From positions 1-59,313 of the IMG/VR virus record IMGVR_UViG_3300037327_000208: a stretch of 59,313 nucleotides of DNA. The stretch is one strand, 5' to 3'. The stretch's first letter is position 1. Each line of letters begins with the position of its first letter. The notes under the pieces are model-generated. The model was not told the DNA's origin. It did no database searches and saw nothing but the letters and a program-made list of their open reading frames with translations. The translations under genes were made by a program, and so were the position numbers. Below are positions 47,518 through 58,074 of the stretch, piece by piece. The DNA is from a virus. Its lineage: Duplodnaviria; Caudoviricetes.

Positions 47518-47538
47518 GCCGCTTAATTGCGGTTTTTT
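47518..47538 (+). terminator. Hairpin/terminator family copy 5
   Basis: GCCGCTTAATTGCGGTTTTTT. Confidence 0.75.
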
Positions 47539-47556
47539 GCATTCTAGGATAATCAA

Positions 47557-48147
47557 TTGACTTTTAGACTCACAGATTTTGCCAGCGTATCAATTACACA
47601 AGTGTTAGACATTCGCACGACTGGCAATAGGTATAAGCGTTCGCGTGTGGAAGGTAATAAAAAACCGTACTGGATGATTGAATTAACTACATCACCGTTG
47701 CCATATGCACAGGGTATGGCGGCCGCAGCTTATCTTGACTCGTTAAAGGGTAGTCTCGAGATAATACAGTTGCCCGTTCCTTTACCCAACTTAGTCAACC
47801 GATCAGGTTTAACCAATACTAGCGCCGATGATGCAGGCGACAAAGTAGCTAGTATTAATGGTTTTAGCAATAATTTGAATAATGCTGTGCTAGCCGGTGA
47901 CTTTATACAGTTTACTAATCACCAGAAGGTTTATCGAATTGTGAATAACGCAGCATCGAATGGATCTGGAAAGCTTAGCGCAACCATTACACCAGAGCTA
48001 TTTAAATCTACTACGTTAAACGAGCAGGTAAAATACGGTGATGCGGTACTTTTTCAGTGTTGCCTAGATGATTACGTGTCGATGGACGTTAGCGCAAATG
48101 ACAGTAAGTTTGTGGTGTTCAATATCACTTTGGTAGAACAAGGATGA
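47557..48147 (+). CDS. Distal tail (Dit-like) protein
   Basis: Follows the tape measure; AGDFIQF.NH.KVY.I, I.P.L motif. Confidence 0.75.
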   Translation: MTFRLTDFASVSITQVLDIRTTGNRYKRSRVEGNKKPYWMIELTTSPLPYAQGMAAAAYLDSLKGSLEIIQLPVPLPNLVNRSGLTNTSADDAGDKVASINGFSNNLNNAVLAGDFIQFTNHQKVYRIVNNAASNGSGKLSATITPELFKSTTLNEQVKYGDAVLFQCCLDDYVSMDVSANDSKFVVFNITLVEQG

Positions 48148-48755
48148 TTGCCGTAACAGCAGCACAAAGAGCCAGGTTAAAAGAGCATGTTCGTCTCACT
48201 ACGCTATGCAAATTTAAAATTAGTACAACGTGGTATTACCTTACAAATGACGACATAGAAACAGTTTACGAAGGCCGTACATATTTACCTGGCTATTTAC
48301 TAGATGTTGATGACATTGAAATTAACAGTACACCTAAGGTAGAAGATTCAGACATCATTATTGACGGCAATGATTCAGTGTTTATCGGATTATTCCTGTC
48401 CCAAAATTGGATGAACAACCCCTTACAGCTAATCCAGTTATATATAGACAAAAACGGCGGTTTAATACGTTCAGAAATAGCCTACGACGGGCTTTTATCT
48501 GATGTATCTATCAGCACGTCAGACTCTTACGAAATCACTCTAACCGTGTCAAGCATTTGGAAGGACTTTGAAAAACAGGCTGGTATCAAGACAAACAGCA
48601 CATCACAGAACATTCACCACCCAAGTGACACAGGTTTCGAGCACACCGCTAAGGCCACCAAGTCCGTCCCGTGGGGAAAGGATGGGAACGGAAGAAGCTC
48701 TTTAGGAACAACAGAAATAGATTTCGGGCGCTTCGATGCGCCAAGGGAGCGTTAA
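48144..48755 (+). CDS. Tail tip / baseplate hub protein
   Basis: YLT.......Y.G.TY, S.W.DFE...G..TN..SQ....P.D.GFE...WG. Confidence 0.75.
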   Translation: MIAVTAAQRARLKEHVRLTTLCKFKISTTWYYLTNDDIETVYEGRTYLPGYLLDVDDIEINSTPKVEDSDIIIDGNDSVFIGLFLSQNWMNNPLQLIQLYIDKNGGLIRSEIAYDGLLSDVSISTSDSYEITLTVSSIWKDFEKQAGIKTNSTSQNIHHPSDTGFEHTAKATKSVPWGKDGNGRSSLGTTEIDFGRFDAPRER

Positions 48756-51700
48756 ATGGGTAATCCTTTTAAATTATTTTTTGGCTTTGCTTTTGGATGG
48801 TTAGTTCCAGAGTTGCCAAAACAAGAAATCGGTATTGATGTAACTAAAGCTAACACTGATGCAAATGTACCAGTTCTATATGGTCGTGGATATGGCGCTG
48901 GTTTGCTGGTATATCAGGCAACCAATGATGCTGATAGTGACGATATAAAAAATGACTTATTGCATCAAGTTATCGTATGGGGTGAGGGGCAATGCGGGGG
49001 CATAACTACAAACTTTGTAGACGATGAAGAATCATCATCATCACGCTTTACGTTGCCAGGTGGCCGTGTATACCACGCAAGAAATTTTACAAACGGCATT
49101 GCCAATTTTAATGACCCACTGTTTACGGCATCTGGTAAGCGATCTACAGACACTTTTAATGGCAAATTAGTTTCATACGTGCGTTGTGAAATGGTGCCTG
49201 ATGTTTGGCAAGGACAACCCGATCACAAGGCAGAGTGGACAGGGCGCTTAATATCAACTCCTTCCGGCGGTGCACTTACTGCATCAGAGAACCCTTCTAG
49301 CCAGCTATACGATTTACTAAAATCTGACGTGTACGGAAAGGGACTATTAACATCAAAATTAAGTGTTAGTAGTTTTCAAACAGCTAAAAATTATTGTGAC
49401 ACAAACGTTGAAAAATTCCCTGGCAGCGGAACCAGTCGTAAATTATTCACAAGCAATGTCAGATTAGATACTAGCAACACTGTGCTTGATAACGTCAACA
49501 CGCTACTTAGATCAATGCGAGGGTTTCTATTCCACAGCGATGGAAAGCTAAAGTTATTGATTGAAAAAGATGATGCTCCCGTTGACTTCTCACTAGACGA
49601 AAATGAAAAAGGGTTTATACAATGGGGAGACATAAGCAACTCCAGCAAGTCTAATCGATATAACCGCGTAATTTGTCGCTATACGGATCCCGATTCTGGT
49701 TGGACGAAGCAAGAGGCTATTTATCCTGAGCCCGGTAGCGAACGAGAAGCAGAATTACTAGCAGAAGATAACGGCGTTATACTCGAAAAATCTATTACGC
49801 TTGATACTTGTATTTATTACAACGAAGCGCATAAACACGCATCAACTATTTTAGAAGTGAGTAGGCAGCAATTAAGAACATCAATTATATGGGGTCCAGA
49901 GGCCAGCATTTTAGAGGTCGGCGATATTTTACCCGCATATAGATTATCAACAGGCTGGGCCGGCAAATTATTCAGAATTGAAAGCGTTGAAAAATCACTA
50001 AGCACAGGTGAAGTATCACTTAGACTTAGAGAGCACCAACCGTACATTTACGACGATCAAAACACAGGCGATAAACCTGAGCTACCTGACACGACGATCA
50101 CCTATGACAGACCAGCAACACCAACAAACTTATCTGTAAGTGACGTGTATAACGATTTCTCCCAAGTTGTTATTACATGGGATAGCAGTACAACCGATCA
50201 TCAAATAGTGATTACTGGTTCTGATAATAATCAACTTGTAAACTCACAAATAAGCGGTAAAAGCTTTTCAATTAATCAGTTTAAAATTGATACTTATTCA
50301 CTTCGATTATTTGCATTGGGAGGTCTAGGGCGGCGTTCTTTGGCTGCCATACTTTCATTTGATATAACTATTCGCGCAACTGACACAAACTCGCCTGTTA
50401 TTATTGTAACACCAGGTGAAATACTTGTTACGCCGCCTAAACCTTTGGCATTAATCGATATTTACGAAGGTGTTTATACAACAAATTCAAATTTAGACCC
50501 TAACTCTGATCCGCTATCATCATTTATAGCGCTGGCCGATGGCAGAAGCTTAAACATTCCTAGTCCAGCAGATGGCCAGACGTATTACCTTTGGTATCGA
50601 TTAAAAACCATTCAAGGGCTAGGCGTTTGGTTAATGATAGAAGTGACTGGGCATGGCTTAAATGAAACTAATTTTTCTAACGAGTTGCAACTTAAAATAG
50701 AAAAAGATCGCAAATCGATAGAAGAACTCGAACTCGATATACCCAATGTAGTAGCAGACCGCAAAGCACTCAGAAGTTTTCAACTTGATGTACCCAACAT
50801 ACAAGACAACATAAACAAAACTAATTTAGAGCTGATAAACTTAGCTAGCGGTAAGTTCAATCTTGAAAAAGAATACAGTGAGCGTCTAGCTAACAACGAC
50901 CGATTGATAGACGCATCTGTTTACATAGACCAAGACACGGGTGTAATAATAAATCGCGCGTTTGCTTTTACTGAAAAATCTTTTTCACAAGCAGAAATAC
51001 TGATAGACGGTGTTAATGCAAAAATTGATTTAGAAGTAGAAAAGGTAGAAGTATTAGATAAAAAAATTATCGCTTCGGATGCGGCTATTGTGCTACAAGC
51101 GGGTGAAATAAATCAACGCGCTACTTATTCAGAACTCAGCACAGAAATTGCAGGCGCGTTGGCTTCGCTTACACCTGTCTACTCATGGCAGTTTAACAAT
51201 GATAAAGAAAATTATTCTGGTGTCACGCATGATACGCGGGGCTACGTGTCTTGTACTGCAAGTTCGCCTGCTGTTGCACCCGATGTAGAGTACACATCAG
51301 AAGAATACCCCACGTTTAAAATGCTGGTCCGACTCAGGGAAGGCGGTACTTGGAACGGCTCAGTACAAAGCAATCTTGGAGCAACCCCTGTACCTGAGCC
51401 TAGTGCTGAGGATGTGTGGGAAGTACGAACAGTAAAAAGCACTGACACAGGCACAGTGACATCACTAGAATTTGATTTGGGCGATGTAGACATCGACTAC
51501 ATTGAAGTCGCCAAGCAGGGCGCGAATGACATTGCTTTAGAAGATTTAGTGGGCCGTGTCACAGTTGCAGAAAGTACCCTAAGTGCCATAGATGGTGAGT
51601 ACATCACCAGCATCATTACCACTTGGTACGATATGGGCGCGGTCATCAACTCTGATGTTGCTTTTCAGATTGACTCGTTTGACTCAAAAGCAGGTATCAC

Positions 51701-54700
51701 AGCTACTTTACAAGAGCTGGATACTGAGGGAACTATTGCAAAAGCCAGCTCTGCACAGCTATGGGTTGATGCAGCAAGCGAAACCATAACGGCAGCTATA
51801 TCTTCGTTCAACCAAGAGCAGGGCATTACCAGCGTCACCCAAGAATTAAATGCGGTACGTGGTTCGATAACAAATCAAGCATTGGCTATTGGCGGCTTGG
51901 GTAAGGAGTACACGGTATTTGGGTTGGCGCTTGTAGACCAAGAATACTACATGCACTTAATCCGAAATGACTTGGAGACAGGTGATGCCGTTATTGCGTT
52001 GGCTAACAGCGAAACGCGGGCGTATATAGACGATGAAAACACCGCTATTGCAGAGCGAACAACTGCGCTGATAGCTATTGGGGGTGAAAAATCACAGGCT
52101 TCAATTGATATACTAGAGCAATCAAGAGCCAATGATAAGTTGGCGCAAACGATACTCAATACTAGTTTGAAGTCTAGTATTGAACTCGAAGGCACGCTTA
52201 GAGAATCGTCGATTGACTCTATCAGCACTACTATTTCTGATGATAAAAAAGCACAAGCGGTTATCAGTGACAACTTACGTTCTAGCATTGAAGAGGAAGG
52301 TGAGTTGCGTACCGCTTCTATTGAATCAGTTAGTGGCACTATTGCTACTAAAGAAGCAGCGCAAGCTACTATTAATGACACGTTAACATCCAGTATAGAA
52401 CTGGAAGGCGAAACTAGATTGGCTTCTATTAAGACAGTCAACGAAACCATTGTTAATCAAGAAGCTGCGCAAGCAACAGTCAGTAATAACCTTTTATCGG
52501 TAATTACTAGGAACGGTAAAACTGGCTCAGATCTAGAATTAGCCCAACTCGACCAAGAGTATTTCGCGCACTTAATTAGAAATGATTTGAACACAGGTGA
52601 TGCGGTCATTGCTTTGGCTAACTCGCGGCTTAGAACGTATGTAGATGATGAAAACACATCATACGCAGAAGAAGTCACAGAGCTTATGGCTCGAAGCGGT
52701 CAAAAATCGCAAGCATCAGTGGACATACTTACCCAAGCTATTTCAAATGAAACATTTGCTAGGGCGTTAGAGCTTAAAACGTATAAAGCCGAAGTTGTTA
52801 CAGATTTAGAAACAGTAACCGCCAGTGCAAAAGAATTTACGTTAGCCACAGTGGGGTATTGCGTTGTAAACGGTAAGGTTAATGGGGACATTAACAAAGG
52901 CCAATGCGATATTTCAGGTGGTGAGTGGCGACAGTTACCGTTATCCGAAGCAATGGATAAAGTACAAGTTACTATCACTAATGCAGATGGTACTACTACT
53001 ACAGCTAACTCTGGCACGTATTTCCAAGTACTACAAAATGCTTTGGGCACTTTAGAAGCCAACGCTTTTTTAGGTGTCAATGTTGATGGAGAAGTAACAG
53101 GTGTTACTGCTAGTGATGGTACGCCTTTAGGCAGCACATTAACGCTACGCGGTGACAGTATTAAATTGGTGGCTGCGGATATTAATGCTGCGCCATTTGT
53201 AGAGTACGATGCTGTTAATAACCACGCTATTATTAGAGGTCAGTTAATCCTTGGTGACGGTAAAGTTATCAACAACAATGAGGATATTAAAGCCGAAGAT
53301 GGCGACACTATCTTTGAGATTTATAGATACAGTCCTGATGGCACTTCTGATTTCAACTCTGACCTTAGACTAACAGATTACTTTAGACAAACAGCCGTAG
53401 TAACCAATGGTAATGCTGCGAATTGGAGTGATTCAGTAAGAATACGAATTGACGGTTATTCCCCAGTCAAAGGCGTAGATTATGATGACGGTATAAACGG
53501 AAACAATGTAATAGTTCAGTACAACTCAGAAAACGTCAGCACGGGTTGGACAGTACATTATGTAGGTGGTCATAAATGGATCCGTACTTCCGTCGATGAT
53601 GGTAATGGCAATTTTACAGCAGGTAATGCTGCCAAGTTTATTCCAGAAGAAGGTGTCGAATACACCGTTAAAGACGGTGTAAGTAGCTATCTCCACATTA
53701 AGTATTCAGATGATAATGAAACTTTTACGGCTGATAACGGAGAAACACTAGGTATATATATAGGTACTTATGTTGACAATACATTAAAAGACTCTGATGT
53801 CTTTAGTAGATACAAGTTCCGTAAATATATTGGGGATAAGGGGGACACTCCTGTAGTTGGCTCTGATTTTTATGTACAAGACGGTTCATTTAAAAGCTTT
53901 GTGTTTAAAACGTCTGCTAGTAAACCTTCATCGCCTACAGGCGGCTCTTTTAATGGCTCTGATGAAACGTCACCGTCAGGCTGGCGTGACGATCCTTACT
54001 TCACAGAAGGCCAGATAACTTGGGTAAGTTCTGCGCTCTACACACATACAAATAATGACGATGAAGATACGTGGTCAAATGCAGGATGGTCTACGCCTGC
54101 TGAATACAGCAAAAAAGGTGAGGATAATTTACAGTACAAAATACGAGTCAAAAACGGAACAGTATTAAAAAATGGTGTGGGTTCGATAGAGCTTAGAGCA
54201 TCTGCAATATCTGGCAGTCTCCAAGGGGATTTAACCGAAGGTGACATTCGTTTGTTCAACGCCGATACCAACCAAGATTTCCAGTTTACTGAATATTTCA
54301 GTGCTAATGGTGCAGGCACGTCTACGGCTGTTGATGGTTTTTTAAATGTCGTATTAAAGAGTGCGAGTACGGGATACATCTACGACTCAGTAACACTGAC
54401 TAATGTGCTTGATGGCCATAACCCTGTTCGGGGCGAGGACTACTACGTTCAAGATGGTTCATTTAGGAGCTTTATTTTTAAAACGGCTGCATCAATTCCA
54501 ACGGGTGATGACTTAGCTACAGGGGGTTCTTTTAACGGCACTACTGAAACATCGCCTACAGGCTGGAAAGACAACCCATACTTTACAGAAAATCAGACTA
54601 CTTGGGTTAGCTCTACATTTTATGTACACACGAATAATAAAGATGAAGATACATGGTCAAATACTGGATGGTCTGCCCCCGCTGAATACAGCAAGAAGGG

Positions 54701-55862
54701 TGAAGCGGGTAGAAGTGTTGCTACCATTGAAAAAGATGGGGAGCAGGTCACTATATCGTACGATGACGGCTCTCCTGATGATACGTTCACTGTTGAAAAT
54801 GGCACTTCTCCTACCCCATTAAGCGTGACAAGTGTTGTAAAAAATGGACTAAACACTACTGTCACCTTATCTGATGATGCGGGCAGTTCTTTTATAATAA
54901 CTGATGGGGGGGCAGGCCGAGGAATAGATACAGTAACTAAAAATGGTGAAACTGTAACGGTTACTTTTGATGATGATAGCCCTAACCAAACTTTCACTGT
55001 TATTGATGGTGCTTCGGGTTCTGGCTGGTACACCATAGTTGGAAATGAAGGTTTGTTTCCTGCTGATTCAGTGGCGACTCAAGAATTTAAAGATAAAACG
55101 GGTCGGCCACCTATTCAAGATGACCATTTAACTTACGTCAACGATGATAACTCAGTCAGTAGTGTCAAACGATTTACGGGTAGCGGATGGTCGGCACCTA
55201 CGCTTGTTATCAATGGTGACTTGCTTACGAAAGGTACGGTCAGTGCTGACAGAATTGTCGCTAATACAGAGATAGAAGCGCCTACTATTACGGGTGGTAA
55301 GTTACAAACTTCATCTGAGGATGAAGATTTTAGAACGATTGTACACGATGACGGCACTTACGCTTTATGGATAGGTGAAGGCGCTAAAACAGATGCTAAC
55401 TCTACATTCCATATCAAGAAAAATGGCGAGGGTTTTATTAAAGGCGAGTTTTTCCAAGGACAAATAAGTAGAGAAAGATCTAAGGTCGACACTAACGGAA
55501 AATCTGCCACGGCTACCGGACATAAAAGCGCAGGACGTACCGTAGAAGTAACAGGTAGTTTTCTGTATGCAATGTCTTTTTACTCAGGCACCAAGAAACA
55601 ACCTTTAAGCGTAACTTTTAGGTTTAAGAGAGGGACTACAGTCATCGAGTCTGGTACTTTTCCTGTTCAATTATTCCAAGAAGAAGAAGACCGCAATTTT
55701 AATGGGCAGTATTCTTTGAATTTAGGCATAACTACTTTTGATGAGAATACTGTAGACGGGGAAACCTACGCATACACGTTTGAGATAACTACAAACCTTC
55801 CATATGATCCATCTCAAACCCTAAGAACTTCGGTAAAGACCTACGAAAACTTAATCGGGTAA
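48756..55862 (+). CDS. Giant tail tip / host-specificity protein (Tal/J-like) with internal repeats
   Basis: VPVLYG, ENP...LYD.L....YG.GL, RYNRV...Y.DP...W, FN3-like segment, coiled-coil repeats, LVINGDLL.KGTVSADRI. Confidence 0.88.
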   Translation: MGNPFKLFFGFAFGWLVPELPKQEIGIDVTKANTDANVPVLYGRGYGAGLLVYQATNDADSDDIKNDLLHQVIVWGEGQCGGITTNFVDDEESSSSRFTLPGGRVYHARNFTNGIANFNDPLFTASGKRSTDTFNGKLVSYVRCEMVPDVWQGQPDHKAEWTGRLISTPSGGALTASENPSSQLYDLLKSDVYGKGLLTSKLSVSSFQTAKNYCDTNVEKFPGSGTSRKLFTSNVRLDTSNTVLDNVNTLLRSMRGFLFHSDGKLKLLIEKDDAPVDFSLDENEKGFIQWGDISNSSKSNRYNRVICRYTDPDSGWTKQEAIYPEPGSEREAELLAEDNGVILEKSITLDTCIYYNEAHKHASTILEVSRQQLRTSIIWGPEASILEVGDILPAYRLSTGWAGKLFRIESVEKSLSTGEVSLRLREHQPYIYDDQNTGDKPELPDTTITYDRPATPTNLSVSDVYNDFSQVVITWDSSTTDHQIVITGSDNNQLVNSQISGKSFSINQFKIDTYSLRLFALGGLGRRSLAAILSFDITIRATDTNSPVIIVTPGEILVTPPKPLALIDIYEGVYTTNSNLDPNSDPLSSFIALADGRSLNIPSPADGQTYYLWYRLKTIQGLGVWLMIEVTGHGLNETNFSNELQLKIEKDRKSIEELELDIPNVVADRKALRSFQLDVPNIQDNINKTNLELINLASGKFNLEKEYSERLANNDRLIDASVYIDQDTGVIINRAFAFTEKSFSQAEILIDGVNAKIDLEVEKVEVLDKKIIASDAAIVLQAGEINQRATYSELSTEIAGALASLTPVYSWQFNNDKENYSGVTHDTRGYVSCTASSPAVAPDVEYTSEEYPTFKMLVRLREGGTWNGSVQSNLGATPVPEPSAEDVWEVRTVKSTDTGTVTSLEFDLGDVDIDYIEVAKQGANDIALEDLVGRVTVAESTLSAIDGEYITSIITTWYDMGAVINSDVAFQIDSFDSKAGITATLQELDTEGTIAKASSAQLWVDAASETITAAISSFNQEQGITSVTQELNAVRGSITNQALAIGGLGKEYTVFGLALVDQEYYMHLIRNDLETGDAVIALANSETRAYIDDENTAIAERTTALIAIGGEKSQASIDILEQSRANDKLAQTILNTSLKSSIELEGTLRESSIDSISTTISDDKKAQAVISDNLRSSIEEEGELRTASIESVSGTIATKEAAQATINDTLTSSIELEGETRLASIKTVNETIVNQEAAQATVSNNLLSVITRNGKTGSDLELAQLDQEYFAHLIRNDLNTGDAVIALANSRLRTYVDDENTSYAEEVTELMARSGQKSQASVDILTQAISNETFARALELKTYKAEVVTDLETVTASAKEFTLATVGYCVVNGKVNGDINKGQCDISGGEWRQLPLSEAMDKVQVTITNADGTTTTANSGTYFQVLQNALGTLEANAFLGVNVDGEVTGVTASDGTPLGSTLTLRGDSIKLVAADINAAPFVEYDAVNNHAIIRGQLILGDGKVINNNEDIKAEDGDTIFEIYRYSPDGTSDFNSDLRLTDYFRQTAVVTNGNAANWSDSVRIRIDGYSPVKGVDYDDGINGNNVIVQYNSENVSTGWTVHYVGGHKWIRTSVDDGNGNFTAGNAAKFIPEEGVEYTVKDGVSSYLHIKYSDDNETFTADNGETLGIYIGTYVDNTLKDSDVFSRYKFRKYIGDKGDTPVVGSDFYVQDGSFKSFVFKTSASKPSSPTGGSFNGSDETSPSGWRDDPYFTEGQITWVSSALYTHTNNDDEDTWSNAGWSTPAEYSKKGEDNLQYKIRVKNGTVLKNGVGSIELRASAISGSLQGDLTEGDIRLFNADTNQDFQFTEYFSANGAGTSTAVDGFLNVVLKSASTGYIYDSVTLTNVLDGHNPVRGEDYYVQDGSFRSFIFKTAASIPTGDDLATGGSFNGTTETSPTGWKDNPYFTENQTTWVSSTFYVHTNNKDEDTWSNTGWSAPAEYSKKGEAGRSVATIEKDGEQVTISYDDGSPDDTFTVENGTSPTPLSVTSVVKNGLNTTVTLSDDAGSSFIITDGGAGRGIDTVTKNGETVTVTFDDDSPNQTFTVIDGASGSGWYTIVGNEGLFPADSVATQEFKDKTGRPPIQDDHLTYVNDDNSVSSVKRFTGSGWSAPTLVINGDLLTKGTVSADRIVANTEIEAPTITGGKLQTSSEDEDFRTIVHDDGTYALWIGEGAKTDANSTFHIKKNGEGFIKGEFFQGQISRERSKVDTNGKSATATGHKSAGRTVEVTGSFLYAMSFYSGTKKQPLSVTFRFKRGTTVIESGTFPVQLFQEEEDRNFNGQYSLNLGITTFDENTVDGETYAYTFEITTNLPYDPSQTLRTSVKTYENLIG

Positions 55863-55892
55863 TAATTTTAATAACACAAGAGGAATACAAAT

Positions 55893-56843
55893 ATGAGTTG
55901 GTTGAGCTTTAACGTCACCATCGACAACGCAGGTAGAGTCACACGTAACAGTGGCGACCCCATAGCTAACGTATTAGAAGGGCAGGCGTTGATTATAAGT
56001 GGAAACTTATATCAAATACTCACCACATCTTCTGAGGATTTTACTATTGAAGGCTGGTCGGGTACTACGACAGCAGATGCAGTAATATTACCAACAGTGG
56101 GTGATGTGGTATCTGCTGCTAGAAAGCTGACAGAAGTATCGATTTTTGCCAATAACTTGTACGGACAGCTTGTGGGACTGGCAACGGGTACAGGTACTAA
56201 GACATTGACGGGCGCAGATGGTGTTGACCATCAAATTAAAACATTTCCGCAGCTCAAGTTAGATACCGCTACTTCGTTTAATGAGTTCGGTTTAGGTACT
56301 CCTAACGCACGTTTGTCAACTGACTTAAATCTTGAAAATGTTGGAAGCACAGTAAGATTTACCACCGCAACAGCAAATACACCTACGAACTTTGGGACTT
56401 GTTACGTAGGTGGCTATAATAATACTAACACCACTCAATTAGTGGTTTCAACAAGCCAGAGGCAAGCATTTTTTAGGAATAAAACTAACGGTACTTGGAA
56501 CACATGGCAAGAGCTATTTCATACTGAAAACACTAACTTTAATGTGTTTGGTGGTGTAGCACAAGGTGACATACTCGCTTCAGGAGAAGCAGTATCGACT
56601 ACTGAAGCTCGTTTTTACTTGCCAATCAATTCTAAAACCACACCACAATCAATAACGGTTAATTCTACATTTGACATTGCTCATGGATCTTCGATAGAAG
56701 TGGTTGCTGTCACTCCTACATTAATGAGCCTTTCAGGTGGCAAAATAGCGGTGCTAAAGGTTGAGACTTCAGGATTAACAGAAGACGATCAATATAACTT
56801 GAGAGCAAGATTCGCAGATTCAAAAATAACGGTGAACTTCTAA
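55893..56843 (+). CDS. Side tail fibre with pyocin-knob-like domain
   Basis: FGLG, TANTP, QL......FFR...NGTW..WQELFH. Confidence 0.8.
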   Translation: MSWLSFNVTIDNAGRVTRNSGDPIANVLEGQALIISGNLYQILTTSSEDFTIEGWSGTTTADAVILPTVGDVVSAARKLTEVSIFANNLYGQLVGLATGTGTKTLTGADGVDHQIKTFPQLKLDTATSFNEFGLGTPNARLSTDLNLENVGSTVRFTTATANTPTNFGTCYVGGYNNTNTTQLVVSTSQRQAFFRNKTNGTWNTWQELFHTENTNFNVFGGVAQGDILASGEAVSTTEARFYLPINSKTTPQSITVNSTFDIAHGSSIEVVAVTPTLMSLSGGKIAVLKVETSGLTEDDQYNLRARFADSKITVNF

Positions 56844-57430
56844 TGACTACTATATACAAACAGATTGACGCAGAAACAATACAGTTCTTTACTACTAACG
56901 AAGATGGCTCTGTCACTAATGGTCCAATTGTTAAGGGTAGAACTCGCACAAGACAAGTGCAAATTGGCACTGAGCAAGTGGAGTCAGGTAGTGAGCAAGT
57001 TGAGAACGGTACTGACGATAAAGGTAACGTAATATTTGAAACGGTAATCACGTACATAACTGAGCCTGTATTTGAAACTGAAACTTACAGCCCTTGGGAC
57101 GAGTTGATGCTAACGGAGCCAACGATTGAGCCTATCCCGCAGTCAGTTCTTGATGCAGAACTAGTCGAAGCATTTAAACGCTCAAGACAGACCGCCATTG
57201 CTAACGCTGTTGTGACTACAGAAGCGGGGAATCAATACGATGCAGATGAGACTAGTGTAATCAGACTGGGCGGGGCAATCACTAGATACGCAGGTAAAGC
57301 AGGGACTACAAAAGTATTTTGGTCGCTTGCTGATACAGCTACAGGGTTTATGTCCGAAGTGACGCTAGCGGATTTGAAAGAAGCTCACGCGTTAGCGGTG
57401 GATAACATCACCGCAGTTTGGGGTAGCTAG
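56843..57430 (+). CDS. Tail fibre assembly-like protein (DUF4376-like)
   Basis: FK..R...I....V....G..YDADE.S..R, W.LAD, VTLADLKEA..LA. Confidence 0.75.
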   Translation: MTTIYKQIDAETIQFFTTNEDGSVTNGPIVKGRTRTRQVQIGTEQVESGSEQVENGTDDKGNVIFETVITYITEPVFETETYSPWDELMLTEPTIEPIPQSVLDAELVEAFKRSRQTAIANAVVTTEAGNQYDADETSVIRLGGAITRYAGKAGTTKVFWSLADTATGFMSEVTLADLKEAHALAVDNITAVWGS

Positions 57431-57519
57431 TAATAACAGTAAAATTATAAGTTATTATCTCGCGTGCGAATTAGGTGTGAATTGTAAGGGGTTTCAGGGG
57501 GTGGTGAGGGGGTGGTACT

Positions 57520-57556
57520 TACCCCAAACCCCGTATTTAGTGGGGTCTGAGGGGTA
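57520..57556 (-). terminator. Phage-supplied hairpin just downstream of tmRNA
   Basis: TACCCC.AAACCCC / GGGGTCT.GGGGTA imperfect stem a few bp past the CCA end. Confidence 0.45.
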
Positions 57557-57562
57557 CTTAAG

Positions 57563-57920
57563 TGGTGGAGCTGGCGGGACTCGAACCCGCGTCCAGAACA
57601 CGTCAACTGTCGGTACTACATGCTTATTTTGTCTTTTATTTAACTACGTGGAACTCCGACAAACAGGATTTCGTTGCAGCTGGCCTAATACTATTTCGCG
57701 GTTCACCCTTAGACAAGGTTCCCTCGCTATCCTGCTGGGATGACCTTCCGAACCTCTACTAGCAGAAAAAGTATGAGTGGAAGGGCACTGCCGGTTATTA
57801 AGCGGCTAGTGCGTAGTTTTCGTCGTTTGCGACTATTTAAATGCGGCTTTTATAGAGGCAAACCGCTCCTCTGCATGCACCTAAAGCGTCTAGAGTCCTG
57901 TCGAATCCAGAATCAGCCCC
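57563..57920 (-). ncRNA. ssrA: tmRNA (transfer-messenger RNA)
   Basis: 5' GGGGCTGATTCTGGATTCGAC; tag ANDENYALAA-stop at 57830..57798; 3' GGGTTCGAGTCCCGCCAGCTCCACCA. Confidence 0.99.
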
Positions 57921-58074
57921 AAGGCGTTGGTTGCAAACTCCCAACGAACGTATTCTAGCATAAGCTGGTTGGCCGTGAATACATTGTTTATGAAAATGTT
58001 GTCACAAACCTTGTGTGTGTTGTGTCTAACCCAGTATATTGCTTACAAATTACGCATAACTAGCAGACTCTGAT

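Larger units (their letters stand above)
18502..57590. mobile_element. Lambdoid prophage with HK97-type head and siphovirus tail, about 39 kb, apparently intact
   Basis: 28-bp direct repeats; full int/xis, recombination, immunity, replication, lysis, packaging, head and tail modules with no visible disruptions. Confidence 0.96.

Noticed and set aside
53870-54705. Diversity-generating retroelement TR/VR pair in the tail gene
   Set aside because: No reverse transcriptase in the window; both copies are coding and differences are not adenine-specific.
57486-57556. Functional G-quadruplex
   Set aside because: The G-runs have about 10-bp periodicity beside the att site and are better explained as recombination-arm sites plus a hairpin.
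57477-57958. Short plus-strand ORFs over the ssrA region
   Set aside because: Antisense to tmRNA; not credible proteins.
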